A stretch of 64,000 nt of DNA, from positions 32,001 to 96,000 of the forward strand of contig JBCCYL010000004.1 in NCBI GenBank assembly GCA_039189765.1. The letters run 5' to 3'. The notes beneath the pieces are model-generated. The model was not told where the DNA came from. It saw nothing but the letters and a program-made list of their open reading frames with translations, and ran no database searches. The translations under genes and the position numbers were made by a program. Below, piece after piece: positions 49,930-60,567 of the stretch. The number at the start of each line of letters is the position of its first letter. Position 1 is the stretch's first letter. Origin of the DNA: Cyanobacteria bacterium P01_F01_bin.150. Its GTDB lineage: Bacteria > Cyanobacteriota > Cyanobacteriia > CAKZMO01.

Positions 49930-51399
49930 TTACTGGATAAGTGGATATTCATCCGCTGGAGCCGCAGACCACTCCCACATCGATCCGGCATAGTTTTCCA
50001 CCGAATACCCATAGTTAACGAGTACGGTTGTTAGCCAGCCCGATCGAATTCCTCCAGTACAGTAGGCGATCGCCCGCTTGTCTATCGTGAGTCCATAGTC
50101 TCGAAGCTTTTCTCGCAGTTCAGATTCCGGCAGCAAAAATCCATCCTCCGTCAGTAGATCTTTAAAATATAAATGAATGGCTCCTGGCACATGTCCCCCG
50201 CGCTGTTCTCCATAGGGAGTTTCTCCTGCGTATTCTCTGGACTCACGGGTATCAATTAGCAGAATTTGAGCCGGTGTATTCACAAGTCGTTGCAGTTCAT
50301 CCTGCTGAATATCCCAATCTGGAGCCATCTCAGGAGTTTGATTCGTTCGTCGCTTCACCACAAAATCACCACGGTCCACTTTAGCCGCCGCGCTGGCATC
50401 GTTAGCTTCCTCCCTAAATGCCAGCAATGCCTTAATTCCGCCATCGACCATAACAACTTTCCCATGGCCCAGCGTTCGTAACATCCAGACAATTCGTCCA
50501 TCTTCCCCCCAGCCATTGGGGGGATTGGCAAAGACGACCACGGGGCGATCGATTGATATCCCCACTTCCTGCAATCGTTGAGTCAATTGCTCATCTTCTG
50601 CTAAGAGCTTGCCTCGATGGGGGTGCTCTGTTTGAGAAAACTGTTGCCAACTTACGACCTTTGCACCAGGGAAACGCCGTAGCCCCAATCCTTTGCCTTG
50701 GGCATCCAGTAGCGTTGCTCCCCGCCGAACCAGTTGAACTGCCTGCTCAGCACTGACAATCCACTGGGACTCGAACGAAATGTCTGGCGAAGAATCTAGG
50801 CCATTAACCATAGACAACTGTGACTTATTTATCCCGGACATTTGGTCCGTTTGGTCTAAAGATGGAAAGGATATGGGACGGTTTTGCTGACGCCATGCAC
50901 TCATGTCGCCTTCTAGACGTTGGATATGGGTAAAGCCTGCATCCTGCAAATAACCGTATCCTCGGCGCGATCGCACACCTCGTTCGCAGTAAATAACGAT
51001 AGAAATGTCCTTATTGTCTGGCAAGTCTTCCAGACGGTACGATAGTTCTTGAATCGGGATATTAATGGCTCCAGGCACATGCCCCGATTGATATTCATCA
51101 ATTGTTCTGACATCTAAAATTAGCGGTGCTGCATCAGAGCTTATCTGCCCTAAAAGTTGCTCTTGGCTAATGACTGTTTCAACACCTCCAGATAACGACT
51201 CCGTATTTGATTGGGGCTGAGAAAAACCAGGGAGATCTGCTTCAACACAACCAATTGCGCCCAACCCAATCCCCAGAAAAATCAGGAGTAGAGCTGAGGT
51301 GGAGATATGGCCAGGTAGTAAGGTCTTGCTCACAGCCTTCCTCCTTCCTGCTAGCTCCTGATGGGTCTGTATTTTAGGACAAGAACTGAATGTCCTCAC
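49930..51399 (-). CDS. Triple-domain rhodanese/sulfurtransferase, probable lipoprotein
   Basis: LGAIG|C lipobox-like; [14 protein letters not shown] single domain; tandem domain pair ending [17 protein letters not shown]; start uncertain. Confidence 0.85.
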   Translation of the reverse strand: MRTFSSCPKIQTHQELAGRRKAVSKTLLPGHISTSALLLIFLGIGLGAIGCVEADLPGFSQPQSNTESLSGGVETVISQEQLLGQISSDAAPLILDVRTIDEYQSGHVPGAINIPIQELSYRLEDLPDNKDISIVIYCERGVRSRRGYGYLQDAGFTHIQRLEGDMSAWRQQNRPISFPSLDQTDQMSGINKSQLSMVNGLDSSPDISFESQWIVSAEQAVQLVRRGATLLDAQGKGLGLRRFPGAKVVSWQQFSQTEHPHRGKLLAEDEQLTQRLQEVGISIDRPVVVFANPPNGWGEDGRIVWMLRTLGHGKVVMVDGGIKALLAFREEANDASAAAKVDRGDFVVKRRTNQTPEMAPDWDIQQDELQRLVNTPAQILLIDTRESREYAGETPYGEQRGGHVPGAIHLYFKDLLTEDGFLLPESELREKLRDYGLTIDKRAIAYCTGGIRSGWLTTVLVNYGYSVENYAGSMWEWSAAPADEYPLIQ

Positions 51400-51447
51400 A
51401 AAAATGCGTCCGTTCTAATAGCAGTGTCTACTGTCTACAGACATAAC

Positions 51448-51602
51448 AAAGCGGGGGACGATTTAATACCCCCCGCAACATTCATTCACCTGTGTTCACA
51501 CACTAACAAGGCAAGATGGCAGGATTATGACGTTGATATGACAAGACCTTGACGACACCCCAAGCTAAAGACATCAGGTTTCCAAGCTCGGTGGAGGTTT
51601 AT
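51448..51602 (-). ncRNA. Candidate small RNA (PsrR1-like motif recalled, unverified)
   Basis: Gene-free unit ending in GCGGGGG/CCCCCGC-TTT terminator; contains AAACCTCCACCGAGCTTGGAAACCTGA and GTGTGTG. Confidence 0.3.
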
Positions 51603-51638
51603 ATGAAATACAAGACTTGACTATGCTTATTTTTAATC

Positions 51639-51807
51639 AAAAAAAAGGCCGATCGTCAGATCAGCCCTCATACATTTAATTACGTTGTTTTTCTGTCATA
51701 GAGGAATCCCTAACTGCGCGTTCCCAATGCGTCAATTAAGCTAAAGCTCATTGGCAATGAAGATACAGTTAAACAGCATCTGTAGCGAATGTGCTTCATT
51801 TCCTTAT
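51639..51807 (-). ncRNA. Candidate small RNA or micro-protein transcript
   Basis: -10 TACAAT (51818-51813), strong terminator GGCTGATC-TGAC-GATCGGCC-T8; contains 29-codon ORF 51710-51799. Confidence 0.4.
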
Positions 51808-51815
51808 GAACTATT

Positions 51816-51829
51816 GTAACAACGCATAC
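51816..51829. promoter_or_regulatory. NtcA-type site GTA-N8-TAC overlapping a minus-strand -10 box
   Basis: tGTAacaacgcaTACt. Confidence 0.45.
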
Positions 51830-52155
51830 TTTTTTTGTGTATAAAACTTAATTTAGTAAAATAGGTTGCAGACATAAGATTTACTAATATGCCTAACAGA
51901 CAATTTTCTAGCTGTCATGTCTCTTGTTACCTCTTTCATATAAAGAGCAGATAATCTTAGGAAGAATGGCGTAATAGCTCAGTGATGCTATTGGAGATCC
52001 TACTATCTAGCTAGTGCATCGCTTATGCGTTTTAGGATTTTTTGCGGGTTCTTCTAGCCTGAACAGAATCCAAGTGGCGTGAGTGTGGACATGATTTGTC
52101 CATATTATGTGCCAGAAATTGATACTTTTTTCTGTGTCTTTTAGGCTCTTTTACT

Positions 52156-53037
52156 ATGACGATCTATCACTTTTTTCAACAGACTTCCTGGCATAGGGTT
52201 GTTAACCGTTCTAGCCGACCTATTTCTTTCACTATTGCCACAACCCTTCTCCTCAGTGGTGGACTATCGGTCGGCAGTAGCTTGGAGGCGATGGCGATTG
52301 CCTCCCCCCAAGCAACCAGTACCCATCTAATACTAGATAGTCACGCTACCTCCAAATTGGACATCACTTCCTCCCATCTCATTAGTCAAAATGGGGATAT
52401 TCAAAATAACGAGGATATTGATGCCGATGGCACCACAGTGGACAATTCAAGAGGCGATGCCGATCGTTCAACGGAAACTTCATTTAATGATCGCCGATTC
52501 ACTTGTCAGTACAGTGATGGCGAATTCATCGTCATGTATAGTCCCGAGGATGATCCCGACGATTATTACGAGTGGGCCATTCCTAGGGAAATGGGGGGGG
52601 GATGGACACCCGAAAGACGTTGTAATACGATTAGCGATCGCCTAGAAGCCTACCGCCCTGATGGCCTACTCGAACTCCAGACGAGTGAAGAAAATGGCTA
52701 CGATATTGTCTGTGCAACCACCTCAAGAGATTCCGCTTGCCGCATTGTCTTTACGGTCCCCCAAGGCCAAGATCCGTTTGAAACTCGTGACCTGGTCTTT
52801 GAAAACTTAGCCGTAGCCAACAGTAGACAAGAGACCCAAGGCATCCGAACCTTTCAGGCCGGGGCCTCTTCCGGCAATATTCTGGAACAGATTGGGGGAG
52901 AATTAGGATTGAACTTACCGCCCCTTTCAGGTCGATCCCGGCCTTCTTCAGTGTTTTCATCACCTGAACGTTCCAACAGCATTGACCTGCGACCTTTTCT
53001 TTCTCCTTCTGATGGCGGAACCGGGACCGCTCTCTAG
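52156..53037 (+). CDS. COP23 domain protein (secreted)
   Basis: RFTCQ, MGGGWTPERRC..IS.RLE.YRPDGL..ENGYDIVC, IDLRPFLSPSDGGTG. Confidence 0.88.
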   Translation: MTIYHFFQQTSWHRVVNRSSRPISFTIATTLLLSGGLSVGSSLEAMAIASPQATSTHLILDSHATSKLDITSSHLISQNGDIQNNEDIDADGTTVDNSRGDADRSTETSFNDRRFTCQYSDGEFIVMYSPEDDPDDYYEWAIPREMGGGWTPERRCNTISDRLEAYRPDGLLELQTSEENGYDIVCATTSRDSACRIVFTVPQGQDPFETRDLVFENLAVANSRQETQGIRTFQAGASSGNILEQIGGELGLNLPPLSGRSRPSSVFSSPERSNSIDLRPFLSPSDGGTGTAL

Positions 53038-53057
53038 TCTTAAGTAATTGTTGAAAT

Positions 53058-53139
53058 GGGCATATCAACTCAAGGTGGGAAATCGGGGCGCGACGTGCCC
53101 TGATTTCCCACAAACTTGTTCTGCCTTTCGTTAAAACCC
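53058..53139 (-). mobile_element. ~80-bp MITE/REP-like element (subfamily 2)
   Basis: GGGCATATCAACTCAAGGTGGGAAATCGGGGCGCGACGTGCCCTGATTTCCCACAAACTTGTTCTGCC..AAAACCC. Confidence 0.8.
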
Positions 53140-53742
53140 GTTGAAATAATTGCTGAAGTTCTGATTAAGGTTGGGGTTGCGATCATCAATTCCGACCTTT
53201 GTACCCTGTGATACCTATTAATGATAGGCTGTTAAAGATTATCAAAGACTTGAAATTTGTTTATTCCTCCTGTTAAAAGTGGGGAATAACTAGTGTACAA
53301 AGCTTTGATTAAACTGTCATTTGTCTGTAGCATAAGCAAGGGCAAAATTGATTTCCTAGGCTTTAGGTTTCTCTTGAATGTCCCTTAATCATCCTTTAAG
53401 TATGGCATTGCTAAAGTACCAATACGGTGATACAGGGAATCCAGTCCTAGCCGAAGTAAAAGCATGGGACGTTCGCGAGCGAAATGCGCCGACTTCCATC
53501 GTTGAGTTTCAACCTGACGAAGGAGATTACTATAAGGCAAGTAAAGTTAATGTTAGTAAAAGCGCAACGCTTCCCTGTTCTATTCTATTACCAAGGGTTG
53601 CGCCCTTGATAGGGCATAGGTATTGAAATTGACTTAATTCCTAGCTTAATGGTGTTTCCTTCCGGGAAAAGTGAAATCAGTTTTGCTTAAGTCTATGGCA
53701 AATTATTTAAATGCCTTATTTTGTTGTGCCTCTTGAGGATTC

Positions 53743-55530
53743 ATGCAGTCGTCAACGTCCAAACGTCGAACTAAAATTGTGGCTACTATTGGTCCTGCCA
53801 CAAGCAAGCCAGAAGTATTACGTGCATTGATTGAGGCCGGGGCCAGCACCCTGAGGCTAAACTTCTCTCACGGTACCCATGATGATCATCAGCGTAATAT
53901 TCACCTTATTCGGCAGTTGTCCTTTGAGCTGAATAAGCCCGTCGCAATTTTGCAGGATTTGCAGGGGCCAAAGATTCGATTAGGACGGTTCGAAAAAGAC
54001 TCCATCGAATTGTCCAATGGTGCCCCTTTTATCTTGACGAGTGAAAAAGTTCCTGGAACCCAAACTATTAGCTCTATTACGTATGAACCCCTCGCGAAGG
54101 AGGTTCCAGTAGGAGCCACCGTGCTTCTAGATGACGGTCGAGTTGAGATGGTGGTAGAAAATGTCTACCCTGAAAAAGGTGAGCTGCACTGCCGTGTCGT
54201 AGTGGGTGGAGTGCTTTCAAACAACAAAGGGGTTAATTTCCCAGGGGTCTACCTTTCTGTTAAAGCCCTAACAGACAAAGACAAAATTGATTTGACGTTC
54301 GGTTTAGATCAAGGGGTTGACTGGATTGCTCTCAGTTTTGTTCGCAATCCTCAGGATGTGCTGGAAATCAAAGAACTTATCGCAGCAGCGGGCAAAAACG
54401 TCCCTGTTGTTGCCAAAATTGAAAAGCATGAAGCAATTGAACAGATGGAGGAAATTCTCTCCATCTGTGATGGAGTAATGGTGGCCCGAGGGGATTTAGG
54501 GGTAGAGGTCCCTGCGGAAGACGTTCCCATTTTGCAAAAGCGTCTGATTCGCACTGCCAATACGTTAGGAATTCCGGTTATTACCGCGACTCAGATGCTT
54601 GACAGCATGGCTGGTAGTCCGCGAGCAACCCGAGCAGAGATATCGGATGTGGCCAATGCCATTTTAGATGGGACGGACGCCGTAATGTTATCCAATGAAA
54701 CGGCTGTAGGAAATTATCCGGTACAAGCCGTGGAGACCATGGACCGGATTGCCCGACGCATTGAGAAAGATCATGGGATGCGTCGCATTTCTGATGATGC
54801 CAAACATTCTATTCCCCATGCCATTAGCAAAGCTGTCGGCAAGATATCCGAGCAAGTGGCGGCAAAAGCCATTATGACCTTGACAAAAAGCGGTGCGACA
54901 GCCCGGAATGTTTCCAAATTTCGTCCCAATACTCCCATTTTGGCCGTCACTCCCCATGTCGAGGTGGCTCGACAACTACAGCTTGTTTGGGGTGTGGAGC
55001 CTCTTTTGGTATTAGACCTCCCTTCTACAGGGCAAACTTTTGAAGCCGCCTTGAATGTGGCTCAGGAAACGAAGGTATTGTCTGAAGGCGATGTGGTTGT
55101 GATGACTGCTGGAGCTCTTCAGGGTGTATCTGGTTCTACTGATTTGATTAAGGTGGAAATTGTCTCAGCTGTTCTGGGCCAAGGCACTGGAATCGGCCAG
55201 GGAGAAGTCAGCGGTCGCGCTCATATTTTGCGAAATGGTATGGACATTGGTAGCTTTATGCCCGGAGACATCCTGATTGCTGCCCATACTAGTGCTGATT
55301 ATGTGGAAGCCATTCGTCATGCCTCTGGGATCATAACCGAGGATGATAGCCTGACAGGTCATGCTGCGGTGGTGGGACTACGCTTGGGCGTTCCTGTTAT
55401 CGTGGGCGTGAAGGATGCTACAACCATGATTCAAGACGGCAGCATCGTTACGTTGGATATAAAGCAAGGGGTTGTTTATTCCGGAACTAAAGCCGCATCA
55501 GGTGCTTTTGATAAAGTATTAGCCAGCTAA
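53743..55530 (+). CDS. pyk: Pyruvate kinase with C-terminal PEP-utilising swivel domain
   Basis: RRTKIVATIGPA, RLNFSHG, MVARGDLGVE, ATQMLDSM, TGHAAVVG. Confidence 0.97.
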   Translation: MQSSTSKRRTKIVATIGPATSKPEVLRALIEAGASTLRLNFSHGTHDDHQRNIHLIRQLSFELNKPVAILQDLQGPKIRLGRFEKDSIELSNGAPFILTSEKVPGTQTISSITYEPLAKEVPVGATVLLDDGRVEMVVENVYPEKGELHCRVVVGGVLSNNKGVNFPGVYLSVKALTDKDKIDLTFGLDQGVDWIALSFVRNPQDVLEIKELIAAAGKNVPVVAKIEKHEAIEQMEEILSICDGVMVARGDLGVEVPAEDVPILQKRLIRTANTLGIPVITATQMLDSMAGSPRATRAEISDVANAILDGTDAVMLSNETAVGNYPVQAVETMDRIARRIEKDHGMRRISDDAKHSIPHAISKAVGKISEQVAAKAIMTLTKSGATARNVSKFRPNTPILAVTPHVEVARQLQLVWGVEPLLVLDLPSTGQTFEAALNVAQETKVLSEGDVVVMTAGALQGVSGSTDLIKVEIVSAVLGQGTGIGQGEVSGRAHILRNGMDIGSFMPGDILIAAHTSADYVEAIRHASGIITEDDSLTGHAAVVGLRLGVPVIVGVKDATTMIQDGSIVTLDIKQGVVYSGTKAASGAFDKVLAS

Positions 55531-55552
55531 CGTAATGAGTAATTAAAGAATT

Positions 55553-55597
55553 CAGGGTGGACTTTCACGTAAATGCAGGTGCTGAAAGATCCACCCT
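55553..55597. terminator. Stem-loop between convergent pyk and argG
   Basis: AGGGTGGA..TTTCA...TGAAAG.TCCACCCT. Confidence 0.5.
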
Positions 55598-55714
55598 CTG
55601 CTGCCAATTTTGGGCAATATATTTCAGATGAGTTCTACCCTCTCTTCTGAAACGGTGCGTTACGCTATCGACACCATTACCTTCCTTATTGGAGCAAGAT
55701 TAGCCTCCTATCTC

Positions 55715-56917
55715 CTAACCTCGAAGCTTTTCAGACCAAACGCGGGTAGGTAAGCCCCAAACATAAATAAACCCTTCTGCTGCTTTATGGTCGAACTGAT
55801 CTTCAGCTCCGTAAGTAGCTAGGTCAGGAGTGTACAGGGTGTTTTCCGACTTACGACCAACGATCATTGCATTGCCTTTGAACAGCTGCACTTTCACTGT
55901 GCCGGTGACGCGTTCTTGGGTCGTTTTGATAAAGCTGTCAAGGGCTGCCTTTAGGGGGCTGTACCATAGACCGTTATAAACCAGTTGGGAATAGGTCTCC
56001 TCAATACCACGTTTGTATTGAGTCACGTCAGCCGTTAGGGTAAGGCTCTCTAGATCTCGATGGGCTTGAACTAATGTTAATAATGCAGGGGCCTCATAAA
56101 TTTCGCGAGATTTAATCCCCACAAGACGGTTTTCAATTATATCAATTCGACCATAGCCGTGGCGTCCTGCTATTTCGTTGAGCTGAGCAATCAGATCTAC
56201 AGGAGCCAAATCGTTACCGTTCAATTTGGTGGGAATTCCTTGAGTGAAGCTGATATCGACAAATTCTGGCTCGTCAGGGGTGTCAGCGATCGCCGCTGTC
56301 ATTTCATATACTTCTTCTAAAGGAGCATTCCAGGGATCTTCCAATGGCCCTGCCTCAATACTGCGTCCAAGCAGGTTTTTATCAATGCTGTAAGGAGTCT
56401 TTTTCTTGACTGGAGAAGGAATACCAAAACGTTCACCATAGGCGATCGCCTCTTCTCTACTCATGCCCCACTCACGGGCAGGAGCCAACACTTTGATGTT
56501 GGGATTAAGGGCGGAAATTGATACATCAAATCTCACCTGATCATTGCCTTTGCCTGTACAGCCATGAGCCACTGCATCCGCTCCATGCTCATCGGCGACT
56601 TCCACTAGTCGCTTTGCAATTAAAGGTCGTGCCAAAGCAGTGGATAGAGGATATTGATTTTCATACAGGGCATTGGCCTGAATCGCGGGAAATGCGTAAT
56701 CGATAATAAATTCTTCAGTTAAATCTGCTACCAAAGATTCACTCGCTCCGGCAACCAAAGCTTTTTCCTTAATTGGCCCCAGCTCATCCCCTTGGCCCAA
56801 ATCTCCAGCCAACGTAATTACCTCTTTAACTCCCCACTCTTCTTTAAGATAGGGAATACAAACGGAGGTATCGACGCCCCCAGAATATGCCAATACCACC
56901 TTATTTGCGCGACCCAT
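55715..56917 (-). CDS. argG: Argininosuccinate synthase
   Basis: [37 protein letters not shown]. Confidence 0.97.
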   Translation of the reverse strand: MGRANKVVLAYSGGVDTSVCIPYLKEEWGVKEVITLAGDLGQGDELGPIKEKALVAGASESLVADLTEEFIIDYAFPAIQANALYENQYPLSTALARPLIAKRLVEVADEHGADAVAHGCTGKGNDQVRFDVSISALNPNIKVLAPAREWGMSREEAIAYGERFGIPSPVKKKTPYSIDKNLLGRSIEAGPLEDPWNAPLEEVYEMTAAIADTPDEPEFVDISFTQGIPTKLNGNDLAPVDLIAQLNEIAGRHGYGRIDIIENRLVGIKSREIYEAPALLTLVQAHRDLESLTLTADVTQYKRGIEETYSQLVYNGLWYSPLKAALDSFIKTTQERVTGTVKVQLFKGNAMIVGRKSENTLYTPDLATYGAEDQFDHKAAEGFIYVWGLPTRVWSEKLRG

Positions 56918-57055
56918 AACTGCTTAACTCTCGACTATATTTTGTAACAATCTTCCATTATTAGATAAATTGGTTCTTTTCGGCTATCTGGTCTTGATTC
57001 AAAGTTAAATAGACTTAATATTCCTGGGAACACTATTCTTCTCTAAATCATTAAT

Positions 57056-58759
57056 ATGAATGGCTTTAAGTTTTTAGTTGGGCTGTGTTTAGGGATACTG
57101 CTTATTCTGGTTCCTATGAAGACCCAATCTAGCGATGGGTTAAGCGCGGTACGGACATTAGCAGTTCAGCTAGATGGTCGTCAGAAGCCATTGGATACCG
57201 TGGCAGTAGAAACAGTATCTAAAGTTTATGGGGCAACAACCTATCGCTATAAAGATGCTGAAACCCATGCCATTCTTCAAGAAGATGCGCTTCACACCTA
57301 TCTCAACCTGTGGTTGGATATCCGTCACTGGACTGAAGAGCCGATCATTCTGGTCAATTATCGTCGCCTAAAAGACGCAGCAGGACTCACCACTGAGCGA
57401 GAGCACTTTACATTTCAGGAACTGTCGGCAAATGGGAAATTGGCAGACATGATCCAACACGCTCATCAGCCAGAACGAGACGATAAACTGCTTAGTCGCA
57501 AGGAACAAGACGCTTTAATTGTTGAAAACCGAATTAATATCTTAGGGGCCACGATGGATCATCAAACGCTGCCCATCGTCCCTCATCCCACAGAAATCAA
57601 CGGTCAATGGTTTGGTTTAAACGGGGATCAAACGTTGTATTCGCAAGAAGAGATAGAGCTATTGCGGGATCGCTTTGCAATGATACAGCACACCCTTTTA
57701 AGTAATCATGACATTCATTTTTCTACAATCGATTCAATGTTTTCAGAATTGAAAAGAAGTCTGAGGGATTTAAGTCCGGCTGTTTATCCCAGCGATCGCA
57801 CCTTAAAAAGAGAAGTATTTTTCAATCGGTTCCACCCCTTTACCAAAGCCTGGGAACTATATGCGCTTGCCTTTGGGGCCACCCTAATCGGTCTATGGAT
57901 AAAGCCTTGGAATCTATACTGGACGGGTATTGGCCTATGCACTGTCGGAGTTGGGGTGCAGGCTTATGGATTTATCCTCCGCATGGCCATTGGGACACGG
58001 CCTCCTGTAACGAATATGTATGAGTCTGTGGTGTGGGTCGGCTTTGGAATTGCGGCGATCGCGCTCCTATTTGAACTCATAAATCGCTCTCGCTACTACC
58101 TATTGGTTGCTTCACCCCTAGCTATTATGTGCCTCGTCTTAGCCGATAGCCTACCGACTGTGCTTGATCCCAGCATTTCGCCATTGGCCCCTAGCTTGCA
58201 AGATAATCTTTGGCTTAGTATCCATGTACCTGCGGTTGTCCTCAGCTATGCTTGCTTTGCCCTAGCGCTTGGATTGGGCCACGTTGCGTTAGGTAACTAT
58301 CTTTTTACGCCAAACGCTACCCATCGGGTCAAAACTCTTTCCCAACTCAACTATCGAGTATTACAGGTGGGTATTTCACTCCTAACGATAGGGGCTATCT
58401 TAGGAGGATTTTGGGCCAACTTTTCTTGGGGCCGATTCTGGGGATGGGACCCTAAAGAGACCTGGGCGTTGATTGCCCTTCTTTGCTATTTAGTTCCTCT
58501 CTATAGTCGCCTTGTTCGTTGGATTGGAGATTTTGGTCTCAATGTCGCTAGTGTTATAGCCTTTAATGCGGTCCTTATGGCCTGGTATGGAGTGAACTTT
58601 ATCATCGGAGGACTTCATAGCTACGGCTTTGGGACCGGAGGTCCTGGTCTCTTGCTAATAGGAATTGTTGGCCTAGATCTTGTGTTTGTATTCATTACCG
58701 CAGCCCGTCACTATGGTTGGTCTATGGCTGATATCCTAACGACCTCAAAAAACGGATGA
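57056..58759 (+). CDS. CcsA/ResC-like heme-handling protein with long N-terminal extension
   Basis: VQLDGRQKPLDT, PVTNMYES, WLSIHV, WWD domain WGRFWGWDPKETW, GLHSYG. Confidence 0.85.
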   Translation: MNGFKFLVGLCLGILLILVPMKTQSSDGLSAVRTLAVQLDGRQKPLDTVAVETVSKVYGATTYRYKDAETHAILQEDALHTYLNLWLDIRHWTEEPIILVNYRRLKDAAGLTTEREHFTFQELSANGKLADMIQHAHQPERDDKLLSRKEQDALIVENRINILGATMDHQTLPIVPHPTEINGQWFGLNGDQTLYSQEEIELLRDRFAMIQHTLLSNHDIHFSTIDSMFSELKRSLRDLSPAVYPSDRTLKREVFFNRFHPFTKAWELYALAFGATLIGLWIKPWNLYWTGIGLCTVGVGVQAYGFILRMAIGTRPPVTNMYESVVWVGFGIAAIALLFELINRSRYYLLVASPLAIMCLVLADSLPTVLDPSISPLAPSLQDNLWLSIHVPAVVLSYACFALALGLGHVALGNYLFTPNATHRVKTLSQLNYRVLQVGISLLTIGAILGGFWANFSWGRFWGWDPKETWALIALLCYLVPLYSRLVRWIGDFGLNVASVIAFNAVLMAWYGVNFIIGGLHSYGFGTGGPGLLLIGIVGLDLVFVFITAARHYGWSMADILTTSKNG

Positions 58760-58860
58760 CAGTGAAAGACAAAAAGGCAAAATGTAAAACGCTCCAACGC
58801 CATGAATCTCCAACGTTCCAACCTGACATCACTCCAGCGCCAAAGTTTAAAGTCGTCACC

Positions 58861-59355
58861 ATGAAACGTCGGCCATTGCTCCGATATCTTACCTTGGGCG
58901 CGATCGCATCCTCCCTCCCTATTGCGCTGGCAGCCTGTCACGGTAGTTCTGACAGCACTAACAAGGCTGACAACACTGACAACATTAACGACACCGACCA
59001 AATTGATTCTGTAAAACTTGATTCTGAACCTCGTGAAGATGGATTTGCGGCGGTAGGTACTGTTGCCCAATTAGATAGAGAGGGATTTCTTTTAGAAAGA
59101 GCATCTGCCGCAGGGATGTTACTGGTAATTCGTAATCCTCAAGACACATCGTCTTTGCTCGCAGTCGTTCCCTTTTGTACCCATCAAGGTTGTATCGTGG
59201 ATTGGGAAAACAGTATCGGAGTCTTTGTTTGCCCCTGTCATGATACCCGTTTTAACCCCGACGGTACTGTTGCCAGCGGGCCTGCTCAGGCTCCTCTCAG
59301 TACCTTTGAGACAATGATTGAGGGAGACCTGATTTTAGTGCGAGCCGCTACATAG
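58861..59355 (+). CDS. Small Rieske 2Fe-2S lipoprotein (PetC3-like)
   Basis: Tat-like MKRR..LAA|C lipobox; CTHQGC and CPCH boxes. Confidence 0.88.
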   Translation: MKRRPLLRYLTLGAIASSLPIALAACHGSSDSTNKADNTDNINDTDQIDSVKLDSEPREDGFAAVGTVAQLDREGFLLERASAAGMLLVIRNPQDTSSLLAVVPFCTHQGCIVDWENSIGVFVCPCHDTRFNPDGTVASGPAQAPLSTFETMIEGDLILVRAAT

Positions 59356-59430
59356 AATCTCTCTCCTTCGAACAGAAAATGAGTCTTCCTTGCTAGTTTC
59401 TCAAAATGCTGAAGTTCCTTATTCAACTCT

Positions 59431-60408
59431 TTGCCCATGATTTTAGATGCCCTCAATGATTTGCGGTTACAGTATTTTGTGCTGAGCTTGATAGCGGCGA
59501 TCGCCTTTTACTTTATCCGTCGTAAAATCCTCCTATGGATTAGTCTGGCAATCTTGGCGATGAATGCGATCGCTATTCTGCCCTGGTACGTCCCCAGCTT
59601 TAATCACCCTCAAAATCCAGATGGCCAACCCTTTAGACTCCTGGCGATCAATGTTCTAAATAAAAATCGAGAATATCATCGCGTCATTGACTGGATTGCC
59701 CACGAACAAGCCGATCTAGTGGTGCTATCTGAAGTGATTGCGAAGTGGAATCCTTGGGCAGAAGCTCTATCTGTACTGAAGCAGGACTATTCATATCATG
59801 TGCGTCAGGATGATATGGAAATTGAAGTGTACAGCCGCTGGCCCTTATCCGTTCGACATAAACAATCCTATGGGGAAGAGCAAGACTTCCCAATTGTTAG
59901 GGGATTTCTGGCGTTGGATGTAGATGTGGATGGTCAGCCGGTAATCGCGATCGCAACCCATGCGTTTCCCCAAGTTTTCTTTGGCCGCCAAGGATTCAAC
60001 TTACGCAATCAGCATTTACAAGACCTTGGCGACTACTTATCCACAGTTAATCAGCCATATAAATCTCCTGAGGCAAAGATACCCACTGCATCACCTATTG
60101 AAACAGGCAAAGATGCCCCTATTGAAGTGCCTATTATGGTAGCTGGGGACCTTAATGTGACGATGTGGTCGCCCCATTATCGAATTCTGATGGGACAATC
60201 TAAACTCAAAGATGCCCGCCAAGGCTTTGGGATACTGCCTAGTCAGTCAAGTCTTAATCCTCAAATACCTTTGTTTGCCATTCCCATTGATCATAGTTTC
60301 GTTAGCAGGAATATTGAAGTGGTTGATATTTACACTGGCCCCAATCTTGGCTCTGATCATCTGCCAATTACGACTGATGTAGTACTTCCTATCTTTAAAA
60401 AAGATTAG
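59431..60408 (+). CDS. Endonuclease/exonuclease/phosphatase family membrane protein
   Basis: INV, LSEV, AGDLNVTMWS, IPIDH, GSDHLPI; start uncertain. Confidence 0.88.
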   Translation: MPMILDALNDLRLQYFVLSLIAAIAFYFIRRKILLWISLAILAMNAIAILPWYVPSFNHPQNPDGQPFRLLAINVLNKNREYHRVIDWIAHEQADLVVLSEVIAKWNPWAEALSVLKQDYSYHVRQDDMEIEVYSRWPLSVRHKQSYGEEQDFPIVRGFLALDVDVDGQPVIAIATHAFPQVFFGRQGFNLRNQHLQDLGDYLSTVNQPYKSPEAKIPTASPIETGKDAPIEVPIMVAGDLNVTMWSPHYRILMGQSKLKDARQGFGILPSQSSLNPQIPLFAIPIDHSFVSRNIEVVDIYTGPNLGSDHLPITTDVVLPIFKKD

Positions 60409-60567
60409 CTCATTATTGTAGCCTTATCTAAACTCTATTTTCAATGTATTTTCCATAAATTATCACCATGTTATCTCAACAATTGACCATCACCGTGACA
60501 ATACTGAATATACGGGTGTGTTGGATGCTGATCTTTCTATCATCATTTGGCATTTCAAATTAACACT

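Noticed and set aside
53378..53626. 82-aa ORF upstream of pyk
   Set aside because: No SD or motif; more likely non-coding leader, although not excluded
53743..55530. Extra C-terminal domain on pyruvate kinase
   Set aside because: Known PEP-utilising domain fusion in cyanobacteria and Bacillota
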